Of a stretch of DNA of 37,089 nt, positions 9,079 through 15,763 are shown piece after piece. The position numbers were made by a program, and so were the translations under genes. The notes beneath the pieces are model-generated. The model made no database searches. It worked only from the letters and a program-made list of their open reading frames with translations, and was not told the origin of the DNA. The DNA comes from a virus: the IMG/VR virus record IMGVR_UViG_3300009618_000019. One strand, written 5' to 3'. The stretch's first letter is position 1. The number at the start of each line of letters is the position of its first letter.

Positions 9079-9607
9079 GTCAATTCGGCGGGAACTTGAA
9101 AATTATCTTTATACGCAGTGGGTTAAAAGTGATGAACCTAAACGCGAACTGATTGAGCGGGAACTGCGAGAGCTTTTGATGAATCATGCACAAGCTGTAA
9201 TGTATATAATTTTGCGAAGGGGAGATCGCGACCTATTAACGGAAGCTGTTGATAAAGTTATGGTTAACCTTCCCACTTTTCGCGGAGACAGTTTGTTTAC
9301 CACATGGGTACATCGCATTTTAATGGGTGTGATGTATGATCAAAGACGTATGGAGCGCAAGAGAAAAGAAGTTTCTTTGGATGTTCCTGGTTTTGATTTA
9401 CCAGGTGACTCAAGTCCAGGTGTTGTAGACCTGCTTTTAACTGTTAAACAGCTGTTAACTCCAGCCGATTTTACTATCTTTGAGGAAGTTGCGATTTGGG
9501 GAAAGTCTCACGGGGAAGCTGCAAAGAGCTTGAACATCCCAAAGGCAACAATTACAAGGAAGTGGGATCGCATTTCGAGGACGTTGCGCCATGCCTTTAC
9601 TAAATGA
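9038..9607 (+). CDS. ECF-type RNA polymerase sigma factor (probable start 9038)
   Basis: Region-2-like FRGDSLFTTWVHRILMGVMYDQRR; region-4 HTH-like GKSHGEAAKSLNIPKATITRKWDR; AAGGAG RBS at 9026-9031. Confidence 0.85.
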   Translation: MIALKEFEEPEVSKSIRRELENYLYTQWVKSDEPKRELIERELRELLMNHAQAVMYIILRRGDRDLLTEAVDKVMVNLPTFRGDSLFTTWVHRILMGVMYDQRRMERKRKEVSLDVPGFDLPGDSSPGVVDLLLTVKQLLTPADFTIFEEVAIWGKSHGEAAKSLNIPKATITRKWDRISRTLRHAFTK

Positions 9608-10814
9608 TTTTCTGGTTGGAGCTGATCCAGAATTTATCATTCTCGAAAACGGCCACATGAAGCAGTTTACGGGGCGCGGAGATGTTTATGCGCCTTGGGG
9701 CCTCGATCATGGGAGGTGGGTCATTGAGCCGCACCCCAAGCCAGACATGTCTGTGAGGCAACTGATTCAACACTTGAAGAGTTCTTTCAATGATTTTGCG
9801 ACTGTTGCGCCGTCAGGTAAATGGAGAGCTGGTGCCCACTTTAGTTCACCTGAACGCTCAATTACGTTAGGTGGGCATGTACACATTGATCGACCTACTT
9901 GTACACCTGCACAACGAGATGGTTTGGATTTGTTTACGCGCCACTTGGAGGCTCTGGATATTCTTCCACAAACAGAATGTGTTGAGCGTAGGAAGAGTTC
10001 TTATGGGCAATATGGAGATGTTCGTTGCGAGCATGGTCATTTTGAGTATCGAACATTGGCTTCGTGGTTGTTTTCGCAGCGCGTAACAAAACTGTGTTTG
10101 ATCGGAGCGAAGCTAATTATGGTGGACCCTGAAGCTCCGAGAGCAGCTCTGGGTGCGCCTGCCCAGGCTGCTGTTCCAAAGTTGAAGGCATTCTTTGAAA
10201 GGTTTCAGAATCGTGATGAAGATGTTGACTGGATTTTAGGTGCCGGAGTGTTGGGGAGAAAACTTAATGTCAAGCCTGATCGAGACTTGCGCGATGTGTG
10301 GAAGGTTGAGCCTGTAAAAGAGAATCCGAGATGGAAAGAAGAAAAGGCAAGACTAGCACCGCCCCCGCAACCACAGGTACGTCGCAATATGGTATATAAC
10401 GTACCCGAACGCAGACCTTATATTTTTGAAGTGGAGGGCTATTACGTTTCCTTCAGAGTTGGTGTTGATAGAATTCCTACACAAGATCAACTTGAGGCTA
10501 TTCGCGAGAATTGCCGTCGAAGAACCGCTGCGCTTGTAGTAGGGGATTGGCAGCCAGGTCGCGATTCGCTTTTTGTTTGGGGTATATTAGGACAGTCTTG
10601 GGGGAGCATATCCATCCCTAACAAAATAATCAGAACAACTGTCGATGGTACACGTTATAAATGGATGGTCATCGAGAACTGGGAGATCGATGATCGTGTA
10701 CGTGAAATTTTAAGAAATTATGTACACGAGGGCAATACAACAGCAACAAACCAAGTTGTTTTACGTGAAGGTTTGCTCTTTCAACCTTTGGGTCCACAAG
10801 GCGAACACGATTAA
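9591..10814 (+). CDS. COOH-NH2 ligase type 2 (amidoligase), paralogue 3, with unrelated C-terminal extension
   Basis: GADPEF, IEPHP, GGHVHID, FEYRTLASWL. Confidence 0.8.
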   Translation: MPLLNDFLVGADPEFIILENGHMKQFTGRGDVYAPWGLDHGRWVIEPHPKPDMSVRQLIQHLKSSFNDFATVAPSGKWRAGAHFSSPERSITLGGHVHIDRPTCTPAQRDGLDLFTRHLEALDILPQTECVERRKSSYGQYGDVRCEHGHFEYRTLASWLFSQRVTKLCLIGAKLIMVDPEAPRAALGAPAQAAVPKLKAFFERFQNRDEDVDWILGAGVLGRKLNVKPDRDLRDVWKVEPVKENPRWKEEKARLAPPPQPQVRRNMVYNVPERRPYIFEVEGYYVSFRVGVDRIPTQDQLEAIRENCRRRTAALVVGDWQPGRDSLFVWGILGQSWGSISIPNKIIRTTVDGTRYKWMVIENWEIDDRVREILRNYVHEGNTTATNQVVLREGLLFQPLGPQGEHD

Positions 10815-10830
10815 ATTGGAGGTTTTTTAT

Positions 10831-10871
10831 CGAAAAGTGAGTCAAAAAGCTCTCTTTTACGTCTAATATAG
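10831..10871 (+). promoter_or_regulatory. candidate ECF-sigma promoter, copy 1
   Basis: CGAAAAGTGAGTCAAAAA-N11-CGTCTAATATAG, intergenic and upstream of the recombination genes; same boxes and spacing at 12913. Confidence 0.7.
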
Positions 10872-10879
10872 GAGAAGCG

Positions 10880-11128
10880 TTGGAAACAATACAAGTTGAA
10901 AAAGGCCAAGTTGTACATTTGACTTGGTACGATTCCTCAAGTCTCCACGGTTGGGTTTATGAAGATGTTGCCGCAACGCCCAAAGAGATTGAATCTGTTG
11001 GGTTTATTGTTGCCGTTGGAGAAGATGCAATTGCCGTTACCTCTGGTCGCTCTGATTCGGGGGGTGTGATTAACCCTTTAACTATTCCTATATGTTGTAT
11101 CCGCAAATATAAAGTCTTGGAAGTATAG
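10880..11128 (+). CDS. small phage hypothetical protein (82 aa)
   Basis: GGAG RBS and TTG start; W-D..W..SVGF..IP pattern resembling a common small phage family. Confidence 0.65.
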   Translation: METIQVEKGQVVHLTWYDSSSLHGWVYEDVAATPKEIESVGFIVAVGEDAIAVTSGRSDSGGVINPLTIPICCIRKYKVLEV

Positions 11129-11131
11129 ATA

Positions 11132-11899
11132 TTGCTTAAATACGATCGTTCCCTCCTCACATTCAATCCCAACAATCATGGTCATTACTTTGATGGGAAG
11201 CGACTCCTCGGAGTTACTACAGCACTTTCTGCCATCTCTAAAGGCGACGGCCTCATTCAATGGGCTGTTAATCAGGCCTGTGATTACGCGCGGGCGAACG
11301 TTAACTTTGATACAAGCGAAGCAGCTCCTGATTATGGCCGCTCTTTTTTGTATGTAGATGATTGGGATACCGTTCTCCTTGGCGCAAAGTATGCTTGGAA
11401 AGCAAGACGTGACGAAGCTGCATCTATTGGTACAGCTGCCCATGATTGGGTGGAACGCTACCTTAAAGGTGAAGACCCTGAATGGCCCACAGACCCCGCT
11501 GCTTGTAAGTCGGCAGAAGCTGCACTAGAGTGGATTAAATCTGTCAAGTGGGAAACAATTGCAATTGAGCATCAAATCTATATTCCAGAGTTGGCTGTTG
11601 GTGGTATCTGCGATTGGTTCGCAAGAATTAACGGCGTACTCGCGGTGCCCGACTGGAAAACTAGCAAATCTCTGCACTCCACTTACGCGTATCAAACCGC
11701 CGCGTATCTGCGAGCCTTGGAGGACGAGTTCGATGAAAAGATTCCTCATCGCTGGCTTGTTCGGATAGACAAAGAAACAGGAATCGTTGAGCCTCGTTTC
11801 CTTCCCGAAGATACAATTGCGAAGGATTACCGCGCCTTTGAGGGTGCTGTAAACATTTATAGACGCGAGGCTGAGGTTAAGCGCGAATGGCAAATGTAA
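11132..11899 (+). CDS. PD-(D/E)xK exonuclease (RecB/Cas4-like)
   Basis: GVTT, GTAAH, IEHQI, GGICD, PDWKTS, YQTAAY motifs. Confidence 0.85.
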   Translation: MLKYDRSLLTFNPNNHGHYFDGKRLLGVTTALSAISKGDGLIQWAVNQACDYARANVNFDTSEAAPDYGRSFLYVDDWDTVLLGAKYAWKARRDEAASIGTAAHDWVERYLKGEDPEWPTDPAACKSAEAALEWIKSVKWETIAIEHQIYIPELAVGGICDWFARINGVLAVPDWKTSKSLHSTYAYQTAAYLRALEDEFDEKIPHRWLVRIDKETGIVEPRFLPEDTIAKDYRAFEGAVNIYRREAEVKREWQM

Positions 11900-12141
11900 A
11901 AGAATGGGTGGTTATCCTTTCGGTTAATACCGATTACATGTATAACGTGCTGGCGCGAACGCCCGAAGAGGCCGAGAATATCGCAGAGGATCGCTTCTGC
12001 GATGGTGAAGAAGGAACGCCAATAGGTGAACCTGAACTTTTATCCTCTGAAGCACTTCCAACCGACAGCCAAACAGAAGCTGAATCTTTCGATCCTGAAT
12101 CAACCTACGGTGGAGTTGACTGGGACCCAATTATAGACTAG
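11887..12141 (+). CDS. small acidic hypothetical protein (84 aa)
   Basis: ORF in the operon, overlapping the upstream stop. Confidence 0.6.
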   Translation: MANVKEWVVILSVNTDYMYNVLARTPEEAENIAEDRFCDGEEGTPIGEPELLSSEALPTDSQTEAESFDPESTYGGVDWDPIID

Positions 12142-12147
12142 AGGAAT

Positions 12148-12900
12148 ATGGCACTAAAAGATTTGTTAGTTAAAGATACAAAACCCAAGGGAATCTTAAT
12201 GTCTGTTGAGGGCTTGCAGAAGTGTGGCAAGACCGAGCTTGGACTAACCATGCCTGGTAACCTGTTCATTCTAAACCTGAACTGGGGCTTGGTCGGCGTT
12301 TACGAGAAACATATCGAAGCCGGTAAGCAGATTTACGTTCAGGACATCCAGATTCCCTACTCAAAAGACCTTCCAGGTGCTCCCTTCACAATTCTGGCGA
12401 CAGCGGCTGCTGAGGCATGGCGTAAGGCAATTCTGTCTTTGTTAGACGCGATTAAGGAGCCTTCCATATCAAGTATCTTTATTGATACTGGAAGCGAGCT
12501 TTGGGATTTGCTAAGAGTCGCACGTTTGGGTAAGCTCAACCAGGTACTACCAATTCAGTACTCGTCTGTTAATGCCGAGTTTCGCCAGTTGCTACAAATC
12601 CTGCTTACTTGTAAGAAGAATGTCCTACTTGCGCACAAGGTAAAGCCTGAGTATGTTAACGACCAAAAGACCAACCGCTTCGAGCGGGCAGGCTTTAGTG
12701 ACATCAGCTTCGACGTACAAGTAGAGCTTCGTGCGGACCGTGATATAAAGAAGGAAGGTCTGGACCAGTTCTCTCTAACAGTTGTGGACTGTCGCGCAAA
12801 CAAGGATTTGAAGGACACTGTGCTAGTGGGAAAGGACTGCAACTTCCTCAAGGTTGTGAGTCTTATGTATCCGAAGACGGTGGAGGGGGATTGGCTTTAG
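12148..12900 (+). CDS. P-loop ATPase, Sak4/AAA_24-like recombination protein
   Basis: Walker A GLQKCGKT, Walker B FIDT; located between an exonuclease and an SSB-like gene. Confidence 0.8.
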   Translation: MALKDLLVKDTKPKGILMSVEGLQKCGKTELGLTMPGNLFILNLNWGLVGVYEKHIEAGKQIYVQDIQIPYSKDLPGAPFTILATAAAEAWRKAILSLLDAIKEPSISSIFIDTGSELWDLLRVARLGKLNQVLPIQYSSVNAEFRQLLQILLTCKKNVLLAHKVKPEYVNDQKTNRFERAGFSDISFDVQVELRADRDIKKEGLDQFSLTVVDCRANKDLKDTVLVGKDCNFLKVVSLMYPKTVEGDWL

Positions 12901-12912
12901 AAAATAAATTCC

Positions 12913-12953
12913 CGAAAAGTGAGTCAAAAACCTGTTTCTAGCGTCTAATATAG
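12913..12953 (+). promoter_or_regulatory. candidate ECF-sigma promoter, copy 2
   Basis: CGAAAAGTGAGTCAAAAA-N11-CGTCTAATATAG, upstream of the non-coding RNA cluster. Confidence 0.7.
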
Positions 12954-13061
12954 TGTAAAACAGGAATAAACCATTTCGCACGAAGTTCCTTCCGTAAGGT
13001 GCAGCCTCAACCACGTTCTCATGGCCGCTGCTTAGATAGGGATAGAGAGGATGCGATACTT

Positions 13062-13183
13062 GAGGGGTTTATAGCCTGGTGGTTATGCTGCGGCGTTAAT
13101 AAATCCGAGCAACGCTTCAGAGGGGTTGCGCCTCGTGTGCCTGGACGCCCCAACAGCGATAACTACCCTGCTATAGACCCCTT
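13062..13183. repeat. IR element 4: perfect left motif, degenerate right arm (15/20), 82-bp interior
   Basis: 13062-13081 perfect motif; 13164-13183 TACCCTGCTATAGACCCCTT; interior ends pair (GTTAT-GCTG / CAGC-G-ATAAC). Confidence 0.85.
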
Positions 13184-13224
13184 TCTGTCTCTAAAGACTC
13201 CAGGTAGCCTGCGCAGGTGAACTT

Positions 13225-13294
13225 GGTTGGGTAGTGGCTCGGCGTAAAGCGTACGTCTATACTAATGTATAGAGCTAAGGAGCCTTTGGCAACC
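13225..13294 (+). ncRNA. candidate structured RNA domain
   Basis: Nested stems GGTTG/CAACC, GGCTC/GAGCC and TCTATAC/GTATAGA. Confidence 0.35.
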
Positions 13295-13332
13295 CATTGA
13301 AAAATGCACACGCCGTTGGAAGACGGCAAAAC

Positions 13333-13417
13333 GGGGTGGTCGTCTAACGATAGGACACGCTCATCATGGATTTGTCTGTGAGATGCGATACATTGGGTTT
13401 AACTCCCAACCACCCCC
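13333..13417 (+). tRNA. tRNA-like gene with an extended anticodon arm and no canonical anticodon loop
   Basis: Acceptor GGGGTGG/CCACCCC, D arm GTCT..GGAC, T arm TTGGG-TTTAACT-CCCAA; 30-nt hairpin in place of the 17-nt anticodon arm; no encoded CCA. Confidence 0.6.
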
Positions 13418-13499
13418 TCTAAGCTTGCATTAGCGTTTGTTGGGGCTATTGCATTTACCAGCCGGGGTTCCCGGCCTAAACTAAAAGGAAAATCAAAGT

Positions 13500-13925
13500 A
13501 TGAGTTGGAATGAAATCGATTTGCAGGGTGTAAGCGCGGATATGGAGTTGGTGCCAGAGGGTAAATATGTTTTCACCCTGCTCCCTGGCGCGAAATATTC
13601 GCAGTGGAACCCTAACAAGATTGAAGTTGGGGCAAAGGTTGACGAGGGCGAGTTCGCCGGACGTGTACTCTATTTCTCGTATGGCGATCCAGAGAAGGTT
13701 CCCACAATGGTTGGGGCTTTCAAGCGCCTTGAGATTGCTTTGACCAAGAACACTGGCGTCGCCATTGAGTCTGGTCAGGACCCGTGTGAGTATCTTAACA
13801 GTGTCGCGGGGGGTAAGTTTATCTCCGACATCAAACATCGCAGCTTCACGAACTCGGAGGGTGAGACTCAGACTAAGGCTGAGGTTGCCATCTTCAAGGT
13901 GAAGGCGATCCCTGCGGAGAAGTAA
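13500..13925 (+). CDS. putative single-stranded DNA-binding protein (DUF669-like)
   Basis: N-terminal LVPEGKYVF pattern; AAGGA RBS; position in the recombination/replication module. Confidence 0.6.
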   Translation: MSWNEIDLQGVSADMELVPEGKYVFTLLPGAKYSQWNPNKIEVGAKVDEGEFAGRVLYFSYGDPEKVPTMVGAFKRLEIALTKNTGVAIESGQDPCEYLNSVAGGKFISDIKHRSFTNSEGETQTKAEVAIFKVKAIPAEK

Positions 13926-13927
13926 GC

Positions 13928-14071
13928 ATGTCTCCGTATAAAAGCAAGGCACAAGCGGCCTATCTGCACATACATGCCAAGGAACTTGGCATCAAGACAA
14001 AGGAATGGGACGAGGCAACTAAGAAGGAAGGCAAGAAGCTTCCAGAGCACGTCTCCGACAAGAAGAAGTAG
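13928..14071 (+). CDS. small basic protein (47 aa, MSPYKSKAQAAYLH...KLPEHV)
   Basis: Translated manually; resembles the common small phage MP(F/Y)KSKAQ family. Confidence 0.65.
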   Translation: MSPYKSKAQAAYLHIHAKELGIKTKEWDEATKKEGKKLPEHVSDKKK

Positions 14072-14078
14072 TTTGCAG

Positions 14079-14152
14079 GTTCTGTTCATCTAATTGTGGC
14101 AAGCCTGGACCCTTCACGGTCCAGAATGCAGGTTCGAGACCTGCACAGAACT
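14079..14152 (+). tRNA. tRNA-like gene (Glu-like) with aberrant anticodon loop
   Basis: Acceptor GTTCTGT/ACAGAAC, T arm GCAGG-TTCGAGA-CCTGC, anticodon arm CTGGACC-CTTCAC-GGTCCAG (6-nt loop, or 8 nt if the inner C-G opens); weak D stem; no CCA. Confidence 0.65.
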
Positions 14153-14173
14153 TGTTTATAGAAAGAGTGCGTC

Positions 14174-14398
14174 ATGTCGAAAATTCTACACAATCGTGCG
14201 CAATGTAAGTTGTGTAAGGATATTGTCGAATCGAAGTTTCGCTGGGATTTTGTAACTTGTTCTTGTGGAGCTTTGTCTGTAGATGGGGGACATGACTATT
14301 TGCGGCGCTGTGGAAACCTGGATGCTATTGAAGAACTTTCCGAATCCACAGATGAACCAGAACCTTCCCAGAAGGGAATTAAACACAAACAGAGGTAA
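14174..14398 (+). CDS. small Zn-ribbon phage protein
   Basis: NRAQCKLC...FVTCSCG..SVDGG motif, common in phages. Confidence 0.75.
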   Translation: MSKILHNRAQCKLCKDIVESKFRWDFVTCSCGALSVDGGHDYLRRCGNLDAIEELSESTDEPEPSQKGIKHKQR

Positions 14399-14402
14399 TT
14401 GG

Positions 14403-14570
14403 ATGGGAACTGCTTTCGCTGTTGTAGTGGCCTTTGTTGTAGGCTTCGTTGTTGATATGTACTTCGGCACCAAGATTCTGTCGAAGCTGGAAACTCTGTT
14501 GAACCAGACAGAAGCGAATGTTATCGCTGCTGTTAAGACCGAGTTGGGCAAGTTGACCGTTAAGCTGTAA
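14403..14570 (+). CDS. small single-pass membrane protein (55 aa; probable start 14403)
   Basis: Hydrophobic AFAVVVAFVVGFVV followed by an amphipathic tail; GAGG upstream. Confidence 0.6.
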   Translation: MGTAFAVVVAFVVGFVVDMYFGTKILSKLETLLNQTEANVIAAVKTELGKLTVKL

Positions 14571-14571
14571 T

Positions 14572-14631
14572 CCCCTTTAGGTGAAAGCCAGCTTCATGCT
14601 GTGCGTTCCGAAAGGAACCTAGCCTATGGGG
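14572..14631 (+). ncRNA. small multi-stem RNA element with a GAAA tetraloop
   Basis: CCCC/GGGG and TAGG/CCTA closing stem, CAGC-TTCAT-GCTG, GTTCC-GAAA-GGAAC. Confidence 0.4.
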
Positions 14632-14638
14632 GCTCATT

Positions 14639-14817
14639 GGAGGGGTTTTATGCCTGGTGTTCTAGTTGCAAAGTGTGCTGAGTGTGGTGTCTGTGTTCCA
14701 ATTCAAGACACAAAGTTCGTCGGTGGGGTGTGGGTTATAAACCACAAGACAGATTGTTCTCAACAGTACATGGCTAGACCGTTCATATACACAGAACACC
14801 AGGCTACAAACCCCTCC
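14639..14817. repeat. IR element 5: 25-bp inverted repeat (22/25), 129-bp interior
   Basis: 14639-14663 GGAGGGGTTTTATGCCTGGTGTTCT versus 14793-14817; all three mismatches fall in the central triplet of the motif. Confidence 0.9.
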
Positions 14818-14837
14818 CACATTGAATTGGAGCTTTG

Positions 14838-15242
14838 ATGTACACAGCTTATTGTGATGGAGGTTCGCGGGGTAATCCTGGACCGTCAGCATATGCTGCG
14901 GTTATTGACGACGAAAATGGTAATCGGACTGTTCGTACGGGTTATTTGGGGATTACAACAAACAACGTTGCAGAGTATCAAGGCTTGTTAGCTGTGTTGT
15001 TGTGGGTTGTATCTCAAAAGTCTCGTGCTGTTTGTGTGTATTCCGATTCAATGCTTCTTGTGCAGCAGATCAAAGGTAATTGGAAGATTAAGAATCCAGC
15101 TTTGAAAAAGCTGTGGGATGCCTGTCAACTTCTAATCGCGCATCTGGATACCTTTGAGATTACACACGTTAGACGGGCACAGAACAGAGATGCTGATGCT
15201 TGGGTGAACTCTGTACTTGATGATCCGGGATTGGCCTTATGA
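14838..15242 (+). CDS. rnhA: ribonuclease HI
   Basis: YCDGGSRGNPG, TNNVAEY, YSDS, HVRRAQNRDADAWVN catalytic motifs. Confidence 0.92.
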   Translation: MYTAYCDGGSRGNPGPSAYAAVIDDENGNRTVRTGYLGITTNNVAEYQGLLAVLLWVVSQKSRAVCVYSDSMLLVQQIKGNWKIKNPALKKLWDACQLLIAHLDTFEITHVRRAQNRDADAWVNSVLDDPGLAL

Positions 15243-15763
15243 CAAATATCTTTGTAATCTCCGACAACCACTTTGGACACGCAAACATCCTGAACTTTAA
15301 GGATAAGGATGAGAAGCCGCTTCGTGTGTTCGATGACGTGAATCACATGAACGAGTACATGATTGAGCGGTGGAACTCTGTTGTTAGACCGCAGGACAAG
15401 ATATACAACCTCGGAGATGTGATTGTTAAGTGTGCAGAGCCTCAGAGAATCTTGGGTCGGCTAAACGGGCATAAGAGACTCGTTCTAGGGAATCATGATT
15501 TGCCGAATATGAAATTTTATGCACCCTTCTTTGAGGCGATCTATTCTACCCGGCTGCTCGATAAGATGTTGTTTTCGCACATTCCAGTGCATCCATTGAG
15601 TTTGGGGAAGGCTATAGCAAACATCCACGGCCATGTTCATAATAATGTGGGCCTGGATCACTTTGGCAAGCAATATATAAATATGAGTGTAGAAGTTATA
15701 GATTACACTCCTGTGGCTTGGGAGGACCTAAAGCAATTAGTCAAGAAAAGATTAGAACAGTAA
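15239..15763 (+). CDS. calcineurin-like metallophosphoesterase
   Basis: SDNHFGH, LGD, GNHD, SHIP, IHGHVH. Confidence 0.88.
   Translation: MTNIFVISDNHFGHANILNFKDKDEKPLRVFDDVNHMNEYMIERWNSVVRPQDKIYNLGDVIVKCAEPQRILGRLNGHKRLVLGNHDLPNMKFYAPFFEAIYSTRLLDKMLFSHIPVHPLSLGKAIANIHGHVHNNVGLDHFGKQYINMSVEVIDYTPVAWEDLKQLVKKRLEQ

Noticed and set aside
14626-14838. 70-aa ORF spanning both arms of IR element 5
   Set aside because: No clear RBS, and the interior folds extensively; kept as non-coding, although the CAEC motif means translation cannot be excluded.
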